Of a DNA stretch of 64,000 nucleotides, positions 1 through 11,159 are shown one piece after another (positions within the stretch are counted from its first letter, which is position 1; every line of letters begins with the position of its first letter). Made by a program: the position numbers and the translations under genes. Source of the DNA: Monocercomonoides exilis PA203 (lineage: Eukaryota > Protista > Preaxostyla); NCBI GenBank assembly GCA_001643675.2, contig LSRY02000011.1, positions 1,054,001-1,118,000 on the forward strand, written 5' to 3'. A model generated the notes under the pieces. That model searched no databases, was not told where the DNA came from, and was given only the letters and a program-made list of their open reading frames with translations.

Positions 1-3000
1 CAACTGGTGTGCTTGATGATGATGATGATAAAAACGATATTGAACTTCGAAGCAATCCTGAGCCTGACACAATGATCGTTAATTCTATTGTTTCAAGTGT
101 TGCGAATCTCAATGAAACAAGATGATCAATTGATGAACATGGTGCTTCGGAATACCCACACTTACTGAAGTCTCCTCCTTTATCCTTCGAAACAAACCCA
201 TCCCCACTCCAATTATCCCACAAAAACACAACCAGTGGAATCACATATCCCTCCTCTCCTGTTGTCTTCCTCTCACATCCACACAACTCATCCAACGATC
301 TCAACTTCTCAGAACTCATCTCCCATTTAAAGCACTCTTTGTTCACAATCTCTCTCAGATCCCAACCTGAAACAAATACATTCTTCCCTTTCCACGCATT
401 GCATCTCTCAAATGTCATTCCTTCCAAAATGAATGTTCCCAATTGATTGGGAAGCTCAACAAACATTCCTCCTCCCAATCCTCTCTCCACCTCATCACTC
501 TCGCCTGATGGCACTTCACATCCTTCAAACTTCACTTCCTTCATCTTCAAGTTCCCTCCACTTCCAACAGTTATCATCATCCCTCCTCCTCTTCCATTTG
601 AGTCTGCTTCATTCTCTGTCTTGCAACCATCAAATGTGGTTGACCCATTGATCACAACCTCTTCATCTTTGCCGATCGATATCTTCATTCCTCCACCACA
701 ACCGTCTTTCTCCTCAACACCACACTCACTGAATGTGCAATTCGTGATTATTATAACATTAACAATAGAAGTGTCAGAATTCTCGTTTTCCTTTTTGTCA
801 CAACTCCTTTCCAAACAGCTTCCTCCTCCATTTCTCCTCGAAATTCCTGTGAGAACACAATTTGAAAATTCTGCTGAACTTTCTCCAGCACATCTGATTA
901 TTGGGTCTGACAAGGTGTTTAATGGTCCTTTGTTCGAGAAGCCTGTCATGTGCAGAACTCCTCCATCAATCTGAAAAACACAGAATTCGATTTCATTCAG
1001 TGAGTTTCCGATGGCAGGCTCAATCGAGCAATCACTGACACTCAAAGCATTTGAAGAGGAAAGGATGAATGAAGAGGCTGGGGAAAGCGCTGATGGAAGC
1101 GAAAAGCACATATCTTTCAGTAATGCTTCGGATGAAACTCTGATCAAACATTCTGAATCAAGCTGAAGAGCAGGAGGCGCAACAACCTCAACAGCAGTGT
1201 CACCAATTGTGCCTGTCACATTCCAAAACTGGCTCTCCATCACAACCTCTTCACAGAGCACAAATATGTTTTTGATTCGGATTGTTCGTGGCACAGCCCC
1301 ATACCACAGCTCAACCACTCTCTTGATCGATGAGCACGGATACTGCTCCAATCCACATCTGCTGAAGTCCAGGCTTTTCTCTCCTCCCACAAATCCAACA
1401 TCTCCTGCTTCCATCAAATATGGAAGAAGTGGCACACACTCCTCTCTGCACCCATCCTCAAATCCCAATAAGTCGCTGTCTGTCATGCCTTCGTGCTCAA
1501 AGCCAAATGTGATGCGACTCACAACATCTCTCAGGCACTGTGTATTCACAAATATGCTGTTCCCTTTTTCTGCCTGGCAATCCTCAAAACGAGCACAATG
1601 GATGCAAAAAGCACAACTCTCATCAACAACATCCAGATAAAGAGCTCCGCCATATCCTCCAACTCCATTTCCCTTCACCACACAGCTGCAACTGCTGAAT
1701 GTCACACATTCCACATTCTCATCACCACTTTCACTTGACACGTTCCCGATCTCCATCTTCGAGCCTTCATCCAGTTGAATCCACATCCCTCCTCCACACC
1801 CATCCTCACACCCGCAGTTCCTCATCATTCCCCCTGAAATATTCACATTCATCCCATTCCCCAGATTCCCACAAATCACACTCCCATCTCCACTCGCTCG
1901 AGAAATCCCATGTGCATCAACATTGTTCATCTGGAAAGACAATGAACTTTCGCCTGTGATATCGAATGCTGGAACAGATGAAAATGATATTCCACTGATC
2001 TCAACAGAATCAAAACTGACAGACCCCTTTTGGACAATCATCAGTGATGCCATTAAATCACAACTTTCATCGTTATTCAATGTGGCGATCACACACTCAA
2101 CCAATTTCAACATCCCTTCTTCAGCCAACACTTCCATCAGATGAGACGATGGATTCTCTCCACAAACAAATGTGATTTTTCTGAAACTTCCCACTCCAGC
2201 TCCAATGGCCACCAACGATTCTCCATTTGGTGATCTGTTGCGAACAACCACTTGTGCCTTGTCTTTCCCCTCAAATGCAATCCTCATTTTTCCAACATCA
2301 ATTTTGTTTTCTTCATAATTCCCTATTTCAACGATCACTTCATTGCTGCTTCCATCACCATCCAGCACACTCATTCCAAACTCGATTGTTTTGCATCTCC
2401 TTCCATATTCATCTCCTGCTCTCACAAACCCACAGGCCATGTGATCCAATCCTTCCTGTGAGTTCACAAACACTGGGTTGAAGAAAACTTTTGGAATCCA
2501 GTCATCGTGTTCTGTTGTTCCTATAACCACTCGATTGCTGTTTGCAGCTGTGCTTGAACGACAAAGTACAAAAGAATTTTCAGTGATGTTTGTCCACCCT
2601 TCAACAGCATAGATATCGTGGCCAATATTTGCAGCTGTATTGTTTGAAAAAAAGCAAAACACAATCTGAATGTCACTCACTCCTGTTCCCTTGGTCCATC
2701 CAAATCCTGCTCCATATCTTTCGCTGTATCCGCTGCAAATTGAACAATCAGTAAAAATGGCAGAAACATCATTATAAAAGCCAACACTTCCCCCTTCGTT
2801 GTAATATGTTGTATTCTTTCTGCAACAACAAAAGTTGCATCTTTCAATAACTCCCTGATTCTCGTTTTCCTGGATCATTAACCCACCTCCGGTGTGTTTG
2901 GTTGAACTGTTGGAGCAATTTGTGTTTTTCATTGAGAGTGTTGAGACATAAATAAAGTCAATGCATCCTCCAGAAGCATCAGCTGTGCAAGAATCAAATA

Positions 3001-4222
3001 CAGAAGATGCGATGACAAAATTTTTTCCGTTCATTCTGGATGAAATGGCTCCACCACACCAAGAAGAATGGCACGAATGAAATTTACACAAGGTGACATT
3101 TAAGAGTCCAGAAGAAGTGAAAAGAATAGCTCCACCACTTGTTCGCGATGAATTTTCAGTTGAAAGGTTGTTGAAATCACAATCCTCAAATGTTGCATCA
3201 CCTGAGTTCACAACTTGACTTTCCATGCTTTTGTTTCCAATCACTGGTTCTGCATTTTCTCTCCGAACGCATTGCGAATACGACGAATTCAGAGCCAAAA
3301 AGTGATTATATTCTGAACGCATCCCTTCAACCAGTCCTCCTCCAAGTGGCGAGTCAACTTTTTCCACAAAACATCCCTCGAAACGATATTCATTTTCTGA
3401 ACTGCCCATTGAACATCGATTGCTTTGGCCTCTCGCACTTTGTGAGATGTTTGCAAAATGGCAGGTGCAAACTGCTATTTCCCTTATGCCTGTGCTTGCC
3501 AAAAGAGAAATTGATCTTCCCAAAGCAAATGAAGAAAAATCAGAATCAAACATCTTCAGATTCTTATTCTTATGTCCAAAACTCTTTCCGTCACAACCAA
3601 CAAGCGGTTCACAAATTTCTGCAAATTGGTTGACACAATAAGAAATGTTGCTCAAAATCAGATGACCTTCATTCAACCTCAACAAATGACCACCTGACAT
3701 TCCATGATCATGCACAGAACAGCAATGGACAAGAACGGTGGACAAGCTGTTGACGAGAATCATCGATCTTCTCTTTTCTTTGATGAACACCAAATATTTC
3801 ATCTCACAACTCGAATTTCCAAAATTGACCATCGCCATCACAGTGGATCTTGGATTGTGAAAAACACTTTCCGAATCTCCAACAATCTTCAACTGACTCT
3901 TCTCATTCTTCAAATGGCAATTCATATCGTTTTGTTCACTTCTTTTCTCTTTTGGATCGATTTCACTCTCCTTCAATATCATCTTCGTTTCTGCAGAATC
4001 TTCACAAATTGTTTCATCTTCTTTAAGACTATTTCTTGTTTTTTGTCTGTTGTGAGCAGTTCCACCAGAATTTTCCTTTGAATGTTCGTAAGTCGATTCT
4101 GGTTTCCTGATATGAAAAAAATGGACATCTTCAGTGGATGTTAAGTCAGAGTGTTTGCGTTTGTGAGATGACTCAAAGCTGTTCAACAGCACAATCAACG
4201 CAAACACAAACATCAAATTCAT
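1..4222 (-). CDS. Giant receptor-like protein, paralog of 33806-41950; N-terminal ~1400 aa only, runs off the window start
   Basis: Aligns colinearly with 37726-41950 (offset 37725-37728, one 3-bp indel). ATG at 4222 gives MNLMFVFALIVLLNSF (signal-peptide-like). No minus-strand ORF is called in 1-4222, consistent with a frame open to the edge. Confidence 0.85.
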   Translation of the reverse strand, partial: MNLMFVFALIVLLNSFESSHKRKHSDLTSTEDVHFFHIRKPESTYEHSKENSGGTAHNRQKTRNSLKEDETICEDSAETKMILKESEIDPKEKRSEQNDMNCHLKNEKSQLKIVGDSESVFHNPRSTVMAMVNFGNSSCEMKYLVFIKEKRRSMILVNSLSTVLVHCCSVHDHGMSGGHLLRLNEGHLILSNISYCVNQFAEICEPLVGCDGKSFGHKNKNLKMFDSDFSSFALGRSISLLASTGIREIAVCTCHFANISQSARGQSNRCSMGSSENEYRFEGCFVEKVDSPLGGGLVEGMRSEYNHFLALNSSYSQCVRRENAEPVIGNKSMESQVVNSGDATFEDCDFNNLSTENSSRTSGGAILFTSSGLLNVTLCKFHSCHSSWCGGAISSRMNGKNFVIASSVFDSCTADASGGCIDFIYVSTLSMKNTNCSNSSTKHTGGGLMIQENENQGVIERCNFCCCRKNTTYYNEGGSVGFYNDVSAIFTDCSICSGYSERYGAGFGWTKGTGVSDIQIVFCFFSNNTAANIGHDIYAVEGWTNITENSFVLCRSSTAANSNRVVIGTTEHDDWIPKVFFNPVFVNSQEGLDHMACGFVRAGDEYGRRCKTIEFGMSVLDGDGSSNEVIVEIGNYEENKIDVGKMRIAFEGKDKAQVVVRNRSPNGESLVAIGAGVGSFRKITFVCGENPSSHLMEVLAEEGMLKLVECVIATLNNDESCDLMASLMIVQKGSVSFDSVEISGISFSSVPAFDITGESSLSFQMNNVDAHGISRASGDGSVICGNLGNGMNVNISGGMMRNCGCEDGCGGGMWIQLDEGSKMEIGNVSSESGDENVECVTFSSCSCVVKGNGVGGYGGALYLDVVDESCAFCIHCARFEDCQAEKGNSIFVNTQCLRDVVSRITFGFEHEGMTDSDLLGFEDGCREECVPLLPYLMEAGDVGFVGGEKSLDFSRCGLEQYPCSSIKRVVELWYGAVPRTIRIKNIFVLCEEVVMESQFWNVTGTIGDTAVEVVAPPALQLDSECLIRVSSEALLKDMCFSLPSALSPASSFILSSSNALSVSDCSIEPAIGNSLNEIEFCVFQIDGGVLHMTGFSNKGPLNTLSDPIIRCAGESSAEFSNCVLTGISRRNGGGSCLERSCDKKENENSDTSIVNVIIITNCTFSECGVEEKDGCGGGMKISIGKDEEVVINGSTTFDGCKTENEADSNGRGGGMMITVGSGGNLKMKEVKFEGCEVPSGESDEVERGLGGGMFVELPNQLGTFILEGMTFERCNAWKGKNVFVSGWDLREIVNKECFKWEMSSEKLRSLDELCGCERKTTGEEGYVIPLVVFLWDNWSGDGFVSKDKGGDFSKCGYSEAPCSSIDHLVSLRFATLETIELTIIVSGSGLLRSSISFLSSSSSSTPV

Positions 4223-5570
4223 TCTGAGTGTGAGTATGGGTTTCAAATGATTTTTCAATCAAACGATTTTTGGCAATGCATGAACATCCCTTTTTGCATG
4301 ATACTCGTCATTGTGCAATGAACATATTTTGTTAGATGAACCTTAATAAAGAACTTCTGATCCATTTATATAATAACAGTAATTATTCTCCTGATTTCTG
4401 TTCTTTCTTTGCGTTTGTTTGACAATCAATGAGAAGAACTCAAAAATGAATTTATTGTCCAAAAACATTTTGTTGTGCATTTGAAAGCGTTTCATTTCAT
4501 GGTTTCATTTTGAGTGCATGCAGAATGTGGAACGATGAAGTGTTTTGTTGTTTGGATGTTGTTTGAAACAAATGGAACGCTCATTTCGAAAATTTCAACC
4601 CACAAGCATGACGATCTCGAAGCATTTCAGAAAGCCATTCTCCATTTTCATTTTTCACTGGAAATCATATGATTTTATTGTGGAATTCTTATCTTTTTGA
4701 CTTGAGAGAAATCATCACAAAAGCCAGCCAAAAAGCGTTATGCCTACCAATTTATCTATATGTTTTTCCAATGATGATGAAAGCAGGGTTCATCGCTGTT
4801 TGCAATGACGACTTCAAGAGTTACAGAGCATTTTCAAAAGAAAACTCACTTACGTTTTGCAAATACGAATGAAAAACAAATACGACCAATGCCATTTGAT
4901 GAAGTTTCTTAGAAGGAATGCACAAAGATTTTCGATTTGAGACATTGAAGAACTTCGTTTCAACTCATCCTCATATCTTCAAACAGAAGCACAAAGTCAC
5001 TTCGAGCTCATCATCTTTGGCAAATATTCTTCGTTGTTTGTCGCTTCTTCTTCTATCTTCTTCTTTTTTGAAAAAAAATAACTCTGCTTGTTTATTATAT
5101 TTTTTTCCCGTTAAACCACCAATGCAACATTTCATCTGCTTTTTATTCTTTGAAAAGAAAAATCAGTTGAGATTTCATACTTGTTATTTTTTTTTTCAAT
5201 TCAGTCGCTTTTAATGGAATCGATGATGTTCAAAACTGTGATAATTTTTATTGAGTGAGTAAATAAACAAGACAATAGCAAGCTAGATAATTTATTGAGA
5301 AAAGAGATGAGATATGAATAACATAAACTCTGTTTTTTTACGTTTTTGAAAAAGCCAAATGACAACTTAACTTGAATTCTCAGAATGTTCTGTGAACTAT
5401 TTCATAACAACACAACCTTCATGGTTGAAGAATTTTGTTTGTGTGCTCTTTTCTTTTATTCTTGTTAAATCTTTTTATTCTCTCTTTTTCAATCCAAAAA
5501 CTAAACGATTTAATTTTTTATTTTATCTTTTCAACTTTCTCTCATTTGAAGAAACTCTCAGGTTATTAAT
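1..5570. repeat. Segmental duplication copy A (copy B 37726-~43290): 5' half of the receptor gene plus ~1.3 kb upstream
   Basis: Near-identical shadow ORFs at paired positions (433/38158, 1197/38922, 3190/40918, 4918/42645). Similarity is visible to about 5570/43290. Confidence 0.92.
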
Positions 5571-6170
5571 ACTTTAAAGAACAACACCAATAATAATTCA
5601 AAAACGAAATTAATAATTCGCTTTATGTATTTCAAATTTGATTCAGAAAATTTACTCAATTAATCATTCAAATTTGGATAAATTTTTCAAAATAAATGAA
5701 CTTCTTGCTTGAAAATTTATCAATTTGAGAATTATTTGATAATTTTTAATTTTTTGAGACAAATTGGTTGCTGGATGAGTGATAGACAGTTAGAAAAAAT
5801 ATCATTTTCAGTCAATATTTGTGAAAAATGATGAAAAATCGAATCTCTTTAAATATTAATCAGAAACAAACATGAGAATTTTTTTCTGAATAGAAATCAT
5901 CAACATTGAAATCTGATAATTTTTAAATGAATTCACCTCACATTGTTTAATTATGCATTATTTTATCAAGAAAATATTCTTGCATCAATTCAATGTGATG
6001 AATACAAATTTTTTTCATTATTGAATTAATCAATCAATGTTCATGCTGAATTCTTTTTAATATTTCGAATTGTTCACCTGAATAAGTTTTTATGCCAATA
6101 AATATTCTAGAATGAATAATGCATTGAAAAACAATATCAAATGAATTGTGTGCATATTTTGAGATAAAAT

Positions 6171-7083
6171 GTTTCAGTGACAAAAGAGTTTTGTTTGAAA
6201 AGAGCAAATTTTTAAAATAAAAACACACTCTTGTCTTTTTAAAATTGCTGTTGTTTTGCGATCCTTCGTCCTTATTGTTTGGATTTTTTGGGAATGACAA
6301 AAAATTATAATGGACACGATCTTTTCGTCTTATTCGTCTTTAGCTTATTTCGGAATTAAAAAGCGAAGTATCTTGGAAACGGAACATTTTAAAGTCTTCT
6401 TTTTATTTTGTTTTAATATTTGAAATCTATTTTTGAAAATCTATTTTTTATATCTGCAAATGCTAATATTCTTTTTATTTTTGTTTATTTACAGATTTTG
6501 AAGGATCGAATAAGCAAAACAGAAAAATATTTACTTTTTTGTCTGTTCATTTTCTGAATTAGATATCAAGAAGGCAGGGAAGAATGGATATGGGCGATTA
6601 ATTTTGATATCATATTTTTTCAAACAAAATTTTCGGTACAAAAATATTTCATGAATATTATCAAATGAACATTGAAAAGTGAAAAGGCTTATTGAATGCA
6701 TTTTAATCTTTGATTCGGAAAAACCATTTGTTTCAAAAAACAATTATCATGCTTTCTCTCTTTTGAATTTAAATTTTTCTTTCAAAAACAAACAATCTTT
6801 GAAAAATTAACACCCAGAAAAAATATATGATTTCAAAAATAATCACACATATGTTCGGATGGAGGGAAGAAAAAGAAAATGATGTTGATGATGATGATGA
6901 AATCGAAGATGAGATAAATCTTTGTTTCATTGCATAACAGTTCAATCCAAATTTCTTTTTCAATCATGTATTTGTTTAATCACAGTAATGCATTGAGTTG
7001 AACTGCAAAACATGCAAAAGGAGTTGATCGTCTTCATTCATTCTTAATATTTTTGAATTTTAAATATTATTTTTGCTATTCAT
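6171..7083. repeat. Left 913-bp inverted repeat
   Basis: Begins GTTTCAGTGACAAAAGAG and ends GCTATTCAT; mismatches with the partner begin at 6170 and 7084. Confidence 0.95.
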
Positions 7084-7739
7084 AATGATTTTTTCGGTTA
7101 ATGCACAAGATACGACCGGTCACAAAATTGTCATTTGTCACAGCTCTGATAACAACATATTGTGCACATAAGTTTTTTCTGCCTATTGTGTGCGGAAACT
7201 GTGATATAGTTATTTTCAATCTTCGTGAAATTCAAAGATCTTTTTCAATTAAGATTGAAACCAATGATTTTTTTCGGGTATTTATTTGTTTGCTTTTTTT
7301 ATAGCTATAATATTGTTAGGGTTTTATCCAAAATCAACTTGTTAGGGTTGAATTCTGTTGAATGAATTGAACTATTTTTTCAAAATGAAAATAATATTTA
7401 AAATGGTTAAAAAATGCTCTATTTAAATTGGGAACAAATAAAATAGAATATGTTCAAAGCATATTTTTGTGCATTCTTGTAGTATTTCAATTATTAATAT
7501 GTTTATTTCGATTATTGTTGAATTTAATTGATGTTAAAAATTTTTGATCAATACCAATTTAGAGGGAAAAAATAATTTGATTCATTTGTAAATAATGTTT
7601 CCGCACAAAAGAAAGACATCATAACTTAATAAAACAGTTAACAATAACGTAATAATCATCCTCTCAAATTTTTATTAACGGTCGTATATTGTGCAATTAC
7701 CATTTTTTCGTTTGATTTTAAATTAATAATAGTATAATT

Positions 7740-8700
7740 GTTTGTGAGCACACATTATTTTCAATTCCCTTTTAAGTCAAATATTGTTTTGAAAATTGAA
7801 TCATTTTCTTTTGCAATGTGGCCGAAAGTTTACAGCACAGCATTTTTCGAACAATTGTTCAAAATATTTTCTTCTGAAATTGATTCGATCCATTGGATGA
7901 TGAAGAACAAAATACTGGATCAAGATAGATATTATTATAAATGTCAAAGAAAAATAAAGTTTTATGTTTCCATGATTTTTCAAGTCGATTTAGATGAAAG
8001 AATCAGCAAATAAATGTTTGGAAAATACAAATTTTTCAAAATTCAGATACAAATCATGCAATATATGTAAAATGGCATTATACTATAAGATAGGCATGTC
8101 TCAGACTAATTGTTCAATCGTTTGCAACAAATCCATTTTCGCTGTTAGTCGAATGAACAATTCATTCAGAAAATAAAAAAACATCAATTTCTGAATTAAA
8201 CCTTTGAAACATGGAGGGGACGACAAAGAAGTCGAAATTGATGATGCAATTTCTCCCAAATTAAAATATAACAAAGGAAGACAAAAGAAACAGTGCTGGA
8301 TTGTTGGAGGGACAGAACGGACTGCAAAGAAAGGGATGAAATCAAGATAATTTTTTGCTTCCTGTAATTAAACGAACAAAATAAGTACTCCATTCAACAA
8401 TAAAACAGCATGTCCTTCAAAAAACCAGAATATTTACGGACTGTAAAAGGGATATTCAGGGTTGGATAAATCTGGATTCAGTCATTTTGCTGTTAATCAT
8501 AAAGCTAATTATGTAAACCCAATCGCAAACGCAGATGCAAAGAGATGGAAGTGCTTGGAGTCTTCGGAGAAAATTCTTTCCTCCAAATTGTGAAGGTAAC
8601 AAATATTTGAACGATTATTTGAACACTTTTTCATTCAAAAGAAATCCTTCAAATTCTTTCGTTAAAGTTTTGCACATGTTAACATACTCACAATTCATTT
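7740..8700 (+). pseudogene. Decayed ISXO2-like (IS1595/Merlin) DDE transposase
   Basis: Manual translation of ~8210-8570: GGDDKEVEIDDAISPKLKYNKGRQKKQCWIVGGTER ... PVIKRTK*VLHSTIKQHVLQKTRIFTDCKRGYSGL..SGFSHFAVNHKANYVNP ... AWS. These match ISXO2 motifs, with stops and frameshifts. Outer bounds approximate. Confidence 0.85.
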
Positions 8701-8781
8701 TTTGAATATTCAACAACAAAATTAATGCAAAAAAAAAAACTTAAATACGATATAAACTTTATTTTGATTGTAAATATCTGA

Positions 8782-9694
8782 ATGAATAGCAAAAATAATA
8801 TTTAAAATTCAAAAATATTAAGAATGAATGAAGACGATCAACTCCTTTTGCATGTTTTGCAGTTCAACTCAATGCATTACTGTGATTAAACAAATACATG
8901 ATTGAAAAAGAAATTTGGATTGAACTGTTATGCAATGAAACAAAGATTTATCTCATCTTCGATTTCATCATCATCATCAACATCATTTTCTTTTTCTTCC
9001 CTCCATCCGAACATATGTGTGATTATTTTTGAAATCATATATTTTTTCTGGGTGTTAATTTTTCAAAGATTGTTTGTTTTTGAAAGAAAAATTTAAATTC
9101 AAAAGAGAGAAAGCATGATAATTGTTTTTTGAAACAAATGGTTTTTCCGAATCAAAGATTAAAATGCATTCAATAAGCCTTTTCACTTTTCAATGTTCAT
9201 TTGATAATATTCATGAAATATTTTTGTACCGAAAATTTTGTTTGAAAAAATATGATATCAAAATTAATCGCCCATATCCATTCTTCCCTGCCTTCTTGAT
9301 ATCTAATTCAGAAAATGAACAGACAAAAAAGTAAATATTTTTCTGTTTTGCTTATTCGATCCTTCAAAATCTGTAAATAAACAAAAATAAAAAGAATATT
9401 AGCATTTGCAGATATAAAAAATAGATTTTCAAAAATAGATTTCAAATATTAAAACAAAATAAAAAGAAGACTTTAAAATGTTCCGTTTCCAAGATACTTC
9501 GCTTTTTAATTCCGAAATAAGCTAAAGACGAATAAGACGAAAAGATCGTGTCCATTATAATTTTTTGTCATTCCCAAAAAATCCAAACAATAAGGACGAA
9601 GGATCGCAAAACAACAGCAATTTTAAAAAGACAAGAGTGTGTTTTTATTTTAAAAATTTGCTCTTTTCAAACAAAACTCTTTTGTCACTGAAAC
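8782..9694. repeat. Right 913-bp inverted repeat
   Basis: Reverse complement of 6171-7083; ends CTCTTTTGTCACTGAAAC. Confidence 0.95.
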
Positions 9695-10321
9695 TTTATT
9701 TCCCTGCATATTTTTTCTTGATCTCAATAATAAATTTCAACTCATTTTTTTTTTGAAACTTTCTGAAACTGTATTTGAAGACAGAAAGGGTTAGTGATAA
9801 AATATTTACAAATACGCTCAAAACCTGACATTATAACAACGGATTTTGCACAACTTTTTGTGACTGTATACGATTGTTATTATATACGAAGCTATTTAAC
9901 ACAGAAAAATCAAGTATTTATCTAAATTTTTTTGTAAAGTTCTTTTTATTTAATTTTCAAATAATATTAAAATTTCATATTTTCATCAATTTGCTGTTTC
10001 CACTCACGAAACTTCACAAAAATGGAAATAATAATGCTGTTTTGGTTCTGTTTCCATTACAGCAAAGTTTTATTAGTAGGAACTGAAATATGATTAAAAT
10101 ATGAAATTTTCATTTTATTTGAAAATTAATCAAAAGGAACTTTTCAAAAAAATTTACACAAATGGGAAAATGAAAGTGTATCGGATCTCTCAATTTTGCA
10201 CAAAAAAATAGTGAAAGTCATTTGCATTATTTATTGATCCAATTTGTTAATTTTCTGTTATCGGAAAGTCTTTGAAAGAAGTCAAAATTTTTTTATGAAA
10301 ATGTAGAATAAATTCTAATCA

Positions 10322-10830
10322 ATGGTTTATGATCAAAAGATTTTTATGACAAGATCTGAAGAGGAAATAAATAATCAAATAGAATTTTTATTGAATACAA
10401 TCTTCCATGATGAAGAAGAAACGTGGAATTGGGTTTTCCAACGTTTAAAAGAATTCGCTGATAAGGATTGCCATCAATGCAGAAATAAAAGGAGAATTGA
10501 GGAGGAAACAGAAGGATATAAATATCTTTGGTGTCAAACTTGAAGAAAAAAAACCACAATATTTTTAAATTCCATTTTTTCCAAAATGAAACTTCCGATT
10601 AATATTGTTTTGCAGAGTTTATTGTTCTTTTGGATTGGAATTGGATTTGAAAAGAGACGAATTTACTAACAGATGTTTCTTATCCAACCATGGGCTATTG
10701 GACAAGCGTTGTTCGAGTTTTTTGCTCATAAATACGGAATTATATGATTCCAAAATTAGAAGGATCATGAAAATGAGTTGAAATTGATGAGGCAGTTGGA
10801 AGAGAAGGAAATATGGATAGTGTGGTTTTA
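10322..10830 (+). pseudogene. N-terminal remnant of an IS1595/Merlin-type transposase (Zn ribbon to first catalytic Asp)
   Basis: CHQC...WCQT* zinc-ribbon-like segment, then TIFLNSIFSKMKLP, then VEIDEAVG-RRKYG near 10777-10820. Broken by stops and frameshifts and truncated. Confidence 0.65.
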
Positions 10831-11159
10831 TTATGCGGACATTTTTTTTATCCGGACAAAAATTTTAATAATTAGTTTAATCAACCCACTTTTTGGATAT
10901 TTTATCATTTTTTTGATATATAAGGAAAAGTCATCAATTAGAATTTCAGATTTAATAACTATTCCTAATCTGTGAAATTGGCAGATTTGGGGGTTAGCTC
11001 CTCCATCTCTGTTTTGTACCTCCCCTGATGAGATTAGGTAATAGCAAGGGGTATCACAAAGTTAGAATTTGATCGAAATTTTTTTAAAATTTTTTTTTTC
11101 ATTTCAAAAAATATTTTTTTTAAAAATAAAAATTAGATCATTATTAGAATTTATTTGTT

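Larger units (their letters stand above)
6171..9694. mobile_element. DNA-transposon-like element with 913-bp terminal inverted repeats
   Basis: 6171-7083 is the reverse complement of 8782-9694 (paired coordinates sum to 15865; mirrored ORFs 6531-6743/9122-9334 and 6769-6963/8902-9096 are identical). The 1698-bp spacer holds a transposase remnant. Confidence 0.85.

Noticed and set aside
7315-7350. Two TTAGGG hexamers
   Set aside because: Not tandem; too few for an interstitial telomeric array.
6531-9334. Identical short ORF pairs (64 and 70 aa) on opposite strands
   Set aside because: By-products of the inverted repeat; TTG starts, AT-rich, no coding signal.
10988-11065. GGGGGTTAGCTC start resembling a tRNA, or a TIR for the pogo relic
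   Set aside because: No T-loop GTTC motif or cloverleaf, and no matching inverted partner downstream of the transposase.
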